A DNA stretch of 64,000 bases from Candidatus Latescibacterota bacterium (GCA_965208105.1 OZ242318.1:2912001-2976000), one strand, 5' to 3'; shown: positions 40,968-50,886, counted from the first letter of the stretch. Numbers and translations are program-made. Notes: generated by a model from the sequence alone, not told the origin.

Positions 40968-42137
40968 ATGATGAAATTTGTCTGCAGGGATTGTTTCGGA
41001 GATGAGGGGTTGCGTGAGTTTGTAGAGCTCAATGCTGAATCTACAGAATGTAGTTTCTGTAGACAAATTTCCAAGTTGCCTATTGCTGCGGATATTTGGG
41101 AAGCTAAGAAGCACTTTCGTCAGTGTGTAGAGTTGGAGTACGACGATGCGGCCAATCATCTGGGTTATGAGTCAGCTGAGGGAGGATATTATGGGGCGTG
41201 TAATTGGGATTCGCATGATCTTATTGTAGACGAATTGGAACTTGATTTGCCGAATGATGACTCAGGGGAATTATTTAATGAATTATTAGATTCTTTGGAT
41301 GATATTAGGTGGTGTCGCGCAGACCCATTCAGCTTAAATCCCTATGAGCTAACCAAGTTCAGCTGGGACGAATTCTGCCGTGTTGTTAAACATGAACGTC
41401 GGTTTTTTTTTATGCGTCCCAGGTCTGAACAATCTGAGGAAAATGAAAAGTTGACTCCTGCAAAATTACTTGACAGAATTGTAGAATATTCTAAGCATCA
41501 AGAATTATTTGTTGAGCTAACCCCAGATGTATTACTGTTTCGTTCATTACCAAATGACCCTGGTTCCCCTTTGACTGAACCCAGAGATCTTGGCCCGCCG
41601 CCAGATGAAAAGGCTCAACAGAGTCGCATGAGTCCTGCGGGAATTTCTATGCTTTACGTTAGCGATAATCCATTAACCGCACTGGCCGAGAAACGTGCTG
41701 ATTCCGGGGAATTTTCTGTTGGATGTTTTAGGTTAAAAAGGCCTGCCCTGATTTTGGACTTGAGTAGCATCCCTCCGATTCCCAGTCTTTTTGCTCCAAT
41801 TTCAGATATAGTTGAGTATTTCCCAAGGGAAATCTTGATTTTTCTGCATACATTGCAAGAAGAAATATCTCGATCAATACCGCAAGACAATCTTGTTCAC
41901 CTCGAATATGTACCTACACAAGTAATAACCGAATATTTAAAATGTTTGCCTCCAATATTCGGACGGTCCGTCGAAGGAATTAAATACCCCAGTTCGGTTG
42001 CTTCCGGTCACTGGTCTGCTGCCATTTTCGCTACACAGCGAAATATAGAGGGAATAGAAAGAAAAAGCATTTTTGAGGATGGGAGTGAGAGATGGATTCG
42101 ACTAGAATCGGTGAAGACCTTTGATTTGTCCACATGA
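40968..42137 (+). CDS. RES-domain protein with N-terminal Zn-binding/HEPN-RES-NTD region
   Basis: CRDC...CSFC, YESAEGGY, FRSLP, SRMSPAGISMLYVS, ALAE, YVPTQVITEY, GIKYPSS. Confidence 0.8.
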   Translation: MMKFVCRDCFGDEGLREFVELNAESTECSFCRQISKLPIAADIWEAKKHFRQCVELEYDDAANHLGYESAEGGYYGACNWDSHDLIVDELELDLPNDDSGELFNELLDSLDDIRWCRADPFSLNPYELTKFSWDEFCRVVKHERRFFFMRPRSEQSEENEKLTPAKLLDRIVEYSKHQELFVELTPDVLLFRSLPNDPGSPLTEPRDLGPPPDEKAQQSRMSPAGISMLYVSDNPLTALAEKRADSGEFSVGCFRLKRPALILDLSSIPPIPSLFAPISDIVEYFPREILIFLHTLQEEISRSIPQDNLVHLEYVPTQVITEYLKCLPPIFGRSVEGIKYPSSVASGHWSAAIFATQRNIEGIERKSIFEDGSERWIRLESVKTFDLST

Positions 42138-42182
42138 ATTTAAGAATACTATAGGATTCCAAGCGACATTCTGGTTTTCACA

Positions 42183-42959
42183 TTGTCATACGCCTTAAAG
42201 CTCCAAAGGACAAGACAAAGGTGGACCAATAAATTGCCTGACCAATCATCTCTCGATCAACATTACTTTATAGACGAACATGTCTACAATTGCCCATTTT
42301 GCAACCGTGGACATGTGAGCTATTCAGTTGTCGGTGTTAACCCCTTCGATTGGACGAATAGTAAAAGGTGTTACGCTTATTTCATTCGTTGTCGCTCCTG
42401 TGAAAAAATTTCGATGCACTTGTCATATACTCAAATTCCATATTTTGAAGACAGATACTCCCCAGGCGGCTTTAACCTGTTTGATTTGACCAAAGTTGAT
42501 GGCGACTTAGATAATCAGTTCTTTTATTCTGTTCCAACCTCGTTTTTTGTATTAGATCCGCGTATTCCTCGGAATTTACGTGAGTTACTGACTGAAGCTG
42601 AAGGGTCGCTGAAAAGTAACTTTCTTACTGGAGCTTCTGCCTGTGCTCGGAAGATTGTGTATGAGCTAACTAAGGATACGGAAATCTCAAATTATGAAGA
42701 TCGGATTAAATCCCTGAAGGAAAAACGCCAAGATGTTGATGAATTCTATTTCGATACATTATTGACCATTCAGCAAACCACTAGCTCCAAAGTTCATGAA
42801 AAGGCTTTTGACCGATGGGAAGCAAGGCATTTGCGGGTAATTCTTGCAGCTCTTCGAGAAATTCTACACGTATTGTTTGTGGAGCCTGCGCTTAAAGAGA
42901 ACAGGAGGAAGGGAATTCTGGACCTTAAGAAAGAAGTGCTAGAGGAAGGAGGGAGTTGA
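42183..42959 (+). CDS. Zn-ribbon + DUF4145 (HEPN-like) protein
   Basis: CPFC...CRSC; IPRNLRELLTEAE...GASACARKIVYEL...SSKVHE. Confidence 0.7.
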   Translation: MSYALKLQRTRQRWTNKLPDQSSLDQHYFIDEHVYNCPFCNRGHVSYSVVGVNPFDWTNSKRCYAYFIRCRSCEKISMHLSYTQIPYFEDRYSPGGFNLFDLTKVDGDLDNQFFYSVPTSFFVLDPRIPRNLRELLTEAEGSLKSNFLTGASACARKIVYELTKDTEISNYEDRIKSLKEKRQDVDEFYFDTLLTIQQTTSSKVHEKAFDRWEARHLRVILAALREILHVLFVEPALKENRRKGILDLKKEVLEEGGS

Positions 42960-43328
42960 CCTGTCCTTCTGTTCCGGAGTTCTTCTGAGACCTCCATACT
43001 GACCTACCGGACTCTCGTATTCCTGGAGGCAGGACAGTCCACCCGCCTTTGGCCAATTGTCCACATTGCCTTCCCAGGTAATGCCGCCCTGCTCCGGATG
43101 TAGGCCCCAGGGGCGTCCGGTCAGAGGTGGCAAGCTGGAGTGAGACCGCTCTTCATTGTAAATCCAAAACCGGACCGCGATGAGCTGACCCCTTTCGCTA
43201 AACTGTACAACGCTTACCTTGGCGCCTTATTGCATCCGGTTAGGCGCCAAAATTGAAGGCGTAGAGAAAGGGTACGTACTGCCTGAAATCTCAAGTGGAG
43301 TGCACCACCGGCAACAAAGGGAGCCTCT

Positions 43329-43742
43329 ATGACCAGGAAGTTTGCATTTTTTACCGAGCTTAGCGGGTGCCACTTCGACAACCCCGATGGGACGAGGAGA
43401 CTAAATTTCATCAAGAACTGCCAAGTCGGAGACCCTCTCCTCTTGAAGCCAGACCCCGACAATCCCAATGATGAAGAGGCCATAGGTGTTTGTCATCATC
43501 AGAACGGTCGAGATTGTCAGATCGGATGGGTGCCCAGGGGCAATGATATAAACGCGTTGATCAATGAGCACTTGGATACAGGCGACGAGGTGTCCATCGA
43601 AATCACCGCCCTAGATCTAAAGGAGAACTATACTGGCGTCAGCGTCCTATTCTCCGTGATTACTTCATTCCCGATCACATCTTCTTTGGAGGAGATGATC
43701 GAGGATGAAGAACCCAACGAGAAGGGTGAAATCTGGTTATAA
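43329..43742 (+). CDS. HIRAN-domain protein
   Basis: VGDPLLLKPDPDNPNDEEAIGV...IGWVPR; AAGGGAG RBS. Confidence 0.85.
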   Translation: MTRKFAFFTELSGCHFDNPDGTRRLNFIKNCQVGDPLLLKPDPDNPNDEEAIGVCHHQNGRDCQIGWVPRGNDINALINEHLDTGDEVSIEITALDLKENYTGVSVLFSVITSFPITSSLEEMIEDEEPNEKGEIWL

Positions 43743-43928
43743 TTGGACTTTTGCAAAATGATTTTTTCTGCTGATGAGTCCAGGTATTCGGTAGCAGATA
43801 TGTCGCCCGCATGGACTATATTTGCGAGGCAAGGCCTCCCCCGCCTTGTACGTCCCCTGACGCTGTGAGAGGGGTTCATGCCGGGTATTATCGCCTTTCC
43901 CACCATTCATGCCTAAATCACGTATCCC

Positions 43929-44999
43929 CTATGGCTTTTTGTACTGTTTTTCCATATCGCGGAATATCTCCCCAACTCTATCCAAGTCCAGCTCCATTCC
44001 ACTTTTGTAATACGCCTTGCACGCATGGCCAAACCCATAGGTGACTGAGGCTGCAATTCCGGCTGCTACAGCCATTACTGCGCCTTCACTTATTGGTCCA
44101 CCAAGCCATCCCGCCGCCTTCAAGGCTTGAATTCCAAAACGATAGATTTGTCGTCCAATTCCTCCTGTTACTGTAGCAGCAACCAGTTGCATCACGTCTT
44201 TCTTTGTCACTTCGCGATCATAAATGAAGGCTATTTTCAATCCGAGGCGAACTTGCAATGCTGTCAGTGGGAGCATATCCGCACCGGGGAAAGGAATTGC
44301 ACCGATCCCCGCAGCAGTAATTGCTGTACCTTTTATCCATGTGTCCACTTGTTCGTCCTTAAATTTTGATAATTTCAAGTAGAGTAAGTCTTTTCCTCTG
44401 GATTCTAAAATTTCGACAATATTTCTGTCCAATAGATCGATGTTGATATTATCACGAGCCGAGATTGGCACAATTTTAGCACCGGACTTTTCTTTTATAT
44501 CCCGTTTCATTTGATCTTGTTCATCAGAAGTTAAGATGTCGACCTTATTGAGCACAGGAATGATCGGTTTTCCCAGTGACTGTAATTTTTGATAGGCAGA
44601 AACGACAGACCTTGAAGCTCCGACGCCAGCATTAAAAAAGAATATGATGATGTCGGTATCTTCTTCAACAAACTCTTGCGCTCGGGCACTGTTTTCTTCG
44701 TCGATGTCATCGAGGCCTGGTGTATCGGTTATAAAGACATTTTCCAAAAATTTATATAGCCTAATCTCTTTTGTGTGACCTGCCTCTGCCTGTACGTCAG
44801 CCAGGTTTTTTCCGGTTAGGGCATTAATTGTGGAAGATTTCCCGGAATTCACGGTACCATACAGTGAAATGATTAAATGTTGTTTCTTGATTTCCTCAAA
44901 TTCCCACTCTTCCTTCGAAAATGATTCCTCGAATGCTTTGTTGTAGGCCCCGAAATCGGGTTCAAATCGTGAATCGTCTGAGGATTTATCCTTAGCCAT
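43929..44999 (-). CDS. Era/MMR_HSR1-like GTPase with C-terminal DUF697 (YcjF-like) domain
   Basis: G1 GTVNSGKSS, G3 DTPG, G4 NKVD, G5 SA; AIPFPGADMLPLTALQ membrane-associated C-terminus. Confidence 0.85.
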   Translation of the reverse strand: MAKDKSSDDSRFEPDFGAYNKAFEESFSKEEWEFEEIKKQHLIISLYGTVNSGKSSTINALTGKNLADVQAEAGHTKEIRLYKFLENVFITDTPGLDDIDEENSARAQEFVEEDTDIIIFFFNAGVGASRSVVSAYQKLQSLGKPIIPVLNKVDILTSDEQDQMKRDIKEKSGAKIVPISARDNINIDLLDRNIVEILESRGKDLLYLKLSKFKDEQVDTWIKGTAITAAGIGAIPFPGADMLPLTALQVRLGLKIAFIYDREVTKKDVMQLVAATVTGGIGRQIYRFGIQALKAAGWLGGPISEGAVMAVAAGIAASVTYGFGHACKAYYKSGMELDLDRVGEIFRDMEKQYKKP

Positions 45000-45079
45000 G
45001 ATTTTTCTCCTGGGTGTAATTTGGAGTGAGGGCTTTCGACAATTTTCAAGGGCGTAGGCGGAAAAAAATAAAGCTGAAA

Positions 45080-45340
45080 TTACTCCCTTCTATTCATCAT
45101 TTTGTATTTCTTTCTCAGACGACGAGAGGCAACGTCATTATAAATTAGACCGATTAGCACCACTATCAGGGATATGCCGGTCAAAATGGGAAACGACCGT
45201 ATTACTGCCCATGCAATAACCGGACTACTGCGATGGCCCTCTTCGGTCGGCGACCCTTCAGCTTGTGACTCACTATTTTTGTCACGAGCCCTTTTGCTAA
45301 AAAAAATTGTACTTCCCCTCATTGGATTCCTTTCAAGCAT
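45080..45340 (-). CDS. Small single-TM protein, possibly a gene fragment
   Basis: C-terminal hydrophobic helix plus basic tail; lies between the YaaW-like gene and the GTPase. Confidence 0.4.
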   Translation of the reverse strand: MLERNPMRGSTIFFSKRARDKNSESQAEGSPTEEGHRSSPVIAWAVIRSFPILTGISLIVVLIGLIYNDVASRRLRKKYKMMNRRE

Positions 45341-45520
45341 TCAAATGTCGGATTTGGTTACGAGATCGGGCGCCTTTGGTTTCCGAAATTTTGGCAAGTG
45401 AAGTCAGCGGAACCTGAGGTGGGGCCGTTCCCAGGAGCCGCTACAGGTCTTCCCTCTATCTTCCCCCTGGATCACTCCGCCGCTCCTCCTGACTTTGGGG
45501 CAAATCGATATCTTCGAGAG

Positions 45521-45588
45521 GATCCGTGTGCGAAAAAGCCGCACGTTCGGATCTGTGAGAGTGAAGCCGAATGGCTGAGCTATTCGAC
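45521..45588 (+). ncRNA. Group II intron 3' relic (domain V/VI)
   Basis: GATCCGTGTGCGAAAAAGCCGCACGTTCGGATCTGTGAGAG...CTATTCGAC matches the DV/DVI pattern with a mutated AGC triad. Confidence 0.7.
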
Positions 45589-45628
45589 CAATCCCTTCAA
45601 CCCGAGTGAAAATCAAGAAAATTCCATG

Positions 45629-46291
45629 TTATTCTTTCCCGAATCCAGTCCGAAGCGCTGACAGGTAAAGAATAGCAGGAATGAGTTTTTTGTAATTTGG
45701 ACCAGAGAGTTTCCAAATTGCGAACAATCCTGCCCCGATCCATCCAACCGGCCCGATGATTACGGCAATGGTACTGGACATGGTTGTATAGAGGGCAAAG
45801 GGCAACGCCACGCCCACGGCTCCTGAGAGAAAACCTAATGAGGTAGAGGCAAGCAGATACACGCCAAAGCCTGAAAGCTGAGCGCCGGTCAAGGCAGCAA
45901 AGATCCCCGCACTGGCGACAAACTCCCCGCTTTTATTGAATTTCAGAACAGTTTTCTGCAATTGCTTTTCAAATTCTTCTCTTTGTTCAGGATCCATTTT
46001 CTCCCAAGCCGTTTTTAATACATGTTGACCAATCAGCTTTTCAAGATCTTCAGTCTTCCACCTTTTGGGCACATCAATTTCTAACTTATAAGCGACCTCC
46101 TCGACTATCTGAGAATAGGTCGGCTCTCGTCCCCAGATATATCCAAAAGTAGACTGGCAATTCATCCACAGGGCATCAACTATGGAATCAAGATCAGGCC
46201 TCTGGGCACCAAGCAGATCAGCCAAGGCTTTATGATCCTGGTGAGAGGCATTCTCAAGAATGGAACCAATTTCCTCATAAATTGAACTCAT
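45629..46291 (-). CDS. YaaW/DUF3944-like membrane-associated protein
   Basis: TYSQIVEEVAYKLEI, AWEKMDPEQRE, GFGVYLLAST, IGPVGW, GPNYKKLIPAILYL; start 46291 after GGAGG. Confidence 0.75.
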   Translation of the reverse strand: MSSIYEEIGSILENASHQDHKALADLLGAQRPDLDSIVDALWMNCQSTFGYIWGREPTYSQIVEEVAYKLEIDVPKRWKTEDLEKLIGQHVLKTAWEKMDPEQREEFEKQLQKTVLKFNKSGEFVASAGIFAALTGAQLSGFGVYLLASTSLGFLSGAVGVALPFALYTTMSSTIAVIIGPVGWIGAGLFAIWKLSGPNYKKLIPAILYLSALRTGFGKE

Positions 46292-47046
46292 AGTATCTTC
46301 CCCCTCCATTCCGCATCCATTTCAGGCAGTCTTTGCCCAGGGGAGTAACTGAACAGGCGCAATTATCCCCTGGACAAAAGACCGAGGTTGACAACTGAAG
46401 GCGAGTGCGAAAGCAGCCGCCCTCTGGCATCTCAAATGAGATGCCGGGAGTTGTCAACCTTCGCACATATTGGAATGCGGGAAAGTCTGCTTATTTACCC
46501 GAGAAATTGGAGCTACCAATCTCTCTTTGTGGGCTCTTGTATTTGGCAGACTCCCGACCAAGGCGGGATATATGCACAAAGGTTGACAGGGTGAAATTAG
46601 GGAAAATTTTGAGGAAAGCAAGGGGGAATACAGGGCCGGAACCAATCAGGAGCCATCCCACAGAGATGAATTCCCAGCCTGCCTCCTGGGCAGGACCGCC
46701 TCCGGCCCTCGAAGCCGGTAGGCCAATTCGCTTCCTGGCCGTCTCTGACCTTGTATCAACTCGTATCAGAGGAAAAGGAAGGGAGCGATTTCGCCGAAAA
46801 TCTGGTAAAACATCATAATAAGAAATCTCCATATCCTCTCCTCTTCTTCTGGATATCGGGAATGCCTGCCAATGGTACGGGGAAGAAAAATCATGCATTC
46901 TGGAATAGGCCCTTTCTCGATTTCGGATGGAAATAACAGGCATCCCACATTGCCTTGAGGTGGGAAATGTCTAAGTACAGAAAACGAATGCCCGTGTACA
47001 CCTCCAGAACCCACTACCCCTCGCCTGGCTGAAACAGACTACAGGC

Positions 47047-47083
47047 AAAAAAAGGATAGACGCCGAGAAGGCCGTCCATCCTT
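47047..47083 (-). terminator. Rho-independent terminator after the small peptide gene/radC
   Basis: A7 tract on + followed by hairpin GGATAGACG.../...CGTCCATCC. Confidence 0.6.
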
Positions 47084-47105
47084 CAGGTTGGGATTCCTGC
47101 CGGAA

Positions 47106-47189
47106 TCACTTCGACTTCCAACGATTCAGAATGATCCGAATCACTTCAAGTGCGATCTCCAGCAGTATGTCCAACCCGCGTGTCCTCAT
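47106..47189 (-). CDS. 27-aa amphipathic peptide, type I toxin-like
   Basis: Manual translation MRTRGLDILLEIALEVIRIILNRWKSK; GGAGG SD; terminator follows. Confidence 0.5.
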   Translation of the reverse strand: MRTRGLDILLEIALEVIRIILNRWKSK

Positions 47190-47322
47190 GGAGTACCACC
47201 CCCCTCCATGTTCCAGATGAACCTGCAGTTTCCCTCCCTTTGACAGCCTTGTGCCACAACACCTTTGGTTTTGGGCTTTTCGGGATCTTCCTCATTCGGA
47301 CCCTGCCTCATGGTGAAATCGA

Positions 47323-47763
47323 TCAGAATGCAATTCCGGTTTCCTTCATTGAAAGGTGTCGGTCGGGAGGAGCGACAATGATATGGTCGAGCACCTCAAT
47401 CCCCATAAGGCGGCCTGCTTCGACCAGACGGTGGGTGAGATCGATATCGTCCTTCGACGGTGACGGGTCTCCACTGGGGTGATTGTGGGAAAGTATGAGC
47501 GAACAGGCGCCCTTGAGGATAGCCGACTTGAACACTTCCCGGGGATGTACCTGCGCTGCCGTCTGGCTGCCTATCGAGGTGATTTCGTGGGCCACGACCC
47601 GGTTACGTACATCAAGGTGGAGGACGACAAACATCTCCCGGTCGGCCATTTTGATATCCAAGGTATCGAGATAGATGGCTACGTCGCCTGGGTTCTCAAC
47701 GGGTTCGGAAATGACCTCGTTCCAGACCTGTTTGACCTTGCGTTCGACTACTTCGATTTTCAT
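47323..47763 (-). CDS. RadC-like JAB-domain protein
   Basis: REMFVVLHLD, VHPREVFK, SHNHPSGDPSPSKDD, LDHIIV; start 47763. Confidence 0.92.
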   Translation of the reverse strand: MKIEVVERKVKQVWNEVISEPVENPGDVAIYLDTLDIKMADREMFVVLHLDVRNRVVAHEITSIGSQTAAQVHPREVFKSAILKGACSLILSHNHPSGDPSPSKDDIDLTHRLVEAGRLMGIEVLDHIIVAPPDRHLSMKETGIAF

Positions 47764-48257
47764 GAAGAATCCTTTCTTGTGAAGAAAATGCCTGGTTTTT
47801 GGATTCATTAAATTGGCCGAATTTACATATCCTCTCCCCCCAACCTTTCCTCCTGATTCGATCAAAGGCAGGTAGAGTCCAAGCAGAGGTGGTGGTAGGT
47901 GGTGATTCGCAGCAAAACAGGGTGGATGGAGGTGGGACTAACTTGATGGGATTTGAAAGACCAATCTCAGGAGGCCAGCAGGAACGATGGAGAGCCTTGG
48001 TAGAGCACTCTGGGCAGCAGGCCTCAACAGGGAGGATTGGAAGGGCGGTTGGCGGAAGAAATTTGGGTGGAAGGCCTTAGGCGGAAGTGGCCCAGGTGCT
48101 TTGGAGGGTGTTCGAATACCAGGTTCTGGGGGGCTTATGAGACCCTGGTATTCTTTCCAGGTTGTTTCGGAGAGGAGCTGGAAGAAAAATCTGGATACTC
48201 TCAGATCAATCTTTCGATTGAATAGGCTTTAAAAACCGTTCCAGGGAGACTTCCTAA

Positions 48258-49884
48258 CCTGAATTATTCATAAAAAAGGTAGTTTCCTTGCCCAAGTCAT
48301 TGTGTTATATTATGGTTACGACAAATAACCCAACGACAATAACGTGGAGGAAACTACCGTGTCCGTTCAAGGAACTCATCACAAAGTCTCTTTGGCAAGG
48401 CTTGGCGGCAAACGGGTGGAAGCCGCCTTCGATGGGGGCCTGCTCACCAGCGACAGCGGGGTGATGCTTTTGCGGGAGGTGGATTCCCGCATGGGGATCT
48501 TGGATCGCATCGTCAAGGCGGTAGGCGACCGTCGGCACCCAGGGTATGTAGAGCACCCGTTGGCGGACCTGGTCCATCAGCGCGTGTTTCAAATTGCCTG
48601 CGGGTATGAGGATGCCAACGATTGCCATGCGCTGCGCCAGGATCCTGCCTTCAAGGCGGCGTGTGACCGCTTGCCGGTCACCGGTGCGGCGTTGGCCAGT
48701 CAACCGACGATGAGTCGGTTCGAGAACCGGGTCACAAGAAGCCGCCCCAGGCTATCCTGTTGGATATCGATGACACCGAAGACAAGGTCTATGGATCGCA
48801 GCAGTTGTCGTTGTTCAATGGGTATTTCAAGAGCCATTGCTACCAACCCCTGCACATTTATGAGGGACAAACCGGCAAACTGATCACGACCCTTCTGCGT
48901 CCGGGGGCGCGTCCTTCCGGCCCCCAGATGGTCACCCTGCTCAAGCGCCTGGTGAAATACCTTCGTCAGGCGTGGCCCGACGTGGTCATCTTTTTGCGCG
49001 GCGATGCCCATTTTTCTTGTCCTGAGGTCCACGACTTTTGCGACCGGCACGAGGTGTATTTCGCCCTCGGACAGGCTGGAAATGCCCCGCTTTCCGCATC
49101 GGGACAGCCCTTGATGGCGCAGGCCAAGGCCCTGTATCAGGAAAGCGGACAACCCGTGCAGCTCTTTTCCTGTTTTCCCTACCAAGCCCATACATGGGCC
49201 GGTCCACGACGGATCATCTACAAAGCCGAGGTCACCGCTTCGGGGCAGGCCAATGCGCGCTTCGTCGTCACCAACCTGGACAGCAGCCAGCCCTCATTCA
49301 TCTACCAAACCATCTATTGCGGACGCGGCAGGATGGAAGGCTTCATCAAGAATCACAAGACCTTTCTCCATTCCGACCGCACGTCTTGTCACACCTTCGA
49401 AGCCAACCACTTCCGTCTCTTCCTGCATTCAGCCGCCTATGTCCTTTTGCACGCCCTGACAGAAATCGGATTGGGCGGCACGTCGTGGATGAACGCGCAG
49501 TTCAATACCCTTCAGCATCGGATCCTCAAAGTCGCCGGGAGGGTGTGTGAACTCAACACCATCGTGCGCTTCCATCTGCCGAGTTCATTTCCCTTGAAAC
49601 ACCTCTATGACACCATCCTGTGCAATGTGGCAAAAGCCTGTCCATAGCACCACGTCCCCCTCCATGCTTCATCCCTTTCCGATCGCCCCTGCGTACGTAC
49701 GACCAAGGCATCCGTTGGTGCTTTCCTCACCGAAAACGAGGGCATGGAGACGCCGCGCACCTGCTTGGGCGGTGTACAGACTCGAAAGAGGCGCGCCAGA
49801 GAGGGCAGGCCTCTTTTTTCATCTCTTGAGAACGCTTTCTACTTCCAAAAACACGGATCTGTTCCCATTCATGAATTAATCAGG
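48258..49884 (+). mobile_element. IS1380-family element with internally deleted, frameshifted transposase
   Basis: IRs CCTGAATTATTCATAAA and TTCATGAATTAATCAGG; 4-bp TSD CTAA; FDGGLLTSDSG, GYEDAND, LASQPTMSRFEN, LDIDDT, RGDAHF and YCGRGRME split over ORFs 48344..48883 and 48760..49647. Confidence 0.9.
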
Positions 49885-50139
49885 CTAAGCTGGCAGTGGG
49901 ATAGTTCAGGGAGATATAGAGCACATATGTGGCATGTATAGAAGCGAAGAGACAGGACAAATCCCCATCAGCTCTTACTCATCCTTCATCTCGGGGTGTG
50001 ATGGTCCTCCCAGTCTGCCAGGAATCCGGGGTCGCCTTTGCGTAGAAAGGTGGTTGCCATTTTCACGTACTCAGTGGCAACCAATTCCTTGCTTTCGACA
50101 AATTGTTTGTATCGGTCCAGTCCGCACATTATGGTATCT

Positions 50140-50886
50140 CTATCGTATTTTTGACAGGCTGATAACTACGATCCAGGCTTGCTTTCTTAACCACGGAATT
50201 CGAAACAGGGTTTGGTCTATGGCCTCTAGGGCTTTTCTTGCACCTTTAAACCCTGGGATAGCCCTGAATGCAACACATGCAAGGGACAAAAAATGGAAGT
50301 ATCGAACCTCCATTCGGTCGAAACTTTCCCCAATCCGTTTTAGATCGGCAAGTGTAAGGGGCTTTTCGTCCTGTGATCTCATTTGAGGGGTTAGCTTCCG
50401 GTAAAGATTAATCAAGGGATTGTGCCCTAGGGGTTCGAAAAAGACCGCCCTTCCACCAGACTTTAATACCCGTTTCACTTCTTTGATAGACTTTTGGAGG
50501 TCGAGGTGATGCAGTATACCACTACCGCAAATTATGTCAAATGAATTGTCAGGAAAACTCAAAACCTCTGCATCCATAACCTGGAAGCACGTTTGATCCG
50601 CGACTCCCAATTCTATTGCCCTCTTGGTCGCAAGTTTCGTCCCGGCTTGTGAGATATCGATTCCCCAGACCTTCGCTCCCCGCTTGGCAAGGGTGAATGC
50701 GAAACTTCCCGTCCCGCATCCGTATTCAAGAACTTGTTTCCCGGCACAATCCCTTTCTACAACACGGTGATAGTATTCCTTGCTGGATTGACCAACGACG
50801 TAAAATTTGCTCGCCTTCTGTCTGACATTGCTGGTAAAGGCGTGGTTGTGAAACTGGGCTTCTCTCTTAACTCTTGATTTGCACAT
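50140..50886 (-). CDS. Class I SAM-dependent methyltransferase
   Basis: VLEYGCGTG, GIDIS, FDIICGSGILHHL, EPLGHNPLINLYR. Confidence 0.85.
   Translation of the reverse strand: MCKSRVKREAQFHNHAFTSNVRQKASKFYVVGQSSKEYYHRVVERDCAGKQVLEYGCGTGSFAFTLAKRGAKVWGIDISQAGTKLATKRAIELGVADQTCFQVMDAEVLSFPDNSFDIICGSGILHHLDLQKSIKEVKRVLKSGGRAVFFEPLGHNPLINLYRKLTPQMRSQDEKPLTLADLKRIGESFDRMEVRYFHFLSLACVAFRAIPGFKGARKALEAIDQTLFRIPWLRKQAWIVVISLSKIR

Noticed and set aside
43195-43255. Possible integron attC site (TTGGCGCCT...GTTAGGCGCCAA hairpin containing GTTAGGC)
   Set aside because: No convincing RYYYAAC partner or L boxes, no cassette periodicity, and the integrase is not IntI-type
43908-43928. Short inverted copy (ATGCCTAAATCACGTAT) of the IS3 OrfA start at ~40893-40910
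   Set aside because: Only ~17 bp; probably IS debris, insufficient to call a feature
46385-46460. Hammerhead ribozyme reading of the three-way junction (CTGAAG...GAAA)
   Set aside because: CUGANGA is incomplete and there is no NUH cleavage triplet before the closing stem
47870-48250. Purine/G-skewed stretch upstream of radC as a G-quadruplex or ssDNA promoter
   Set aside because: No regular G3 tracts or long hairpin identified
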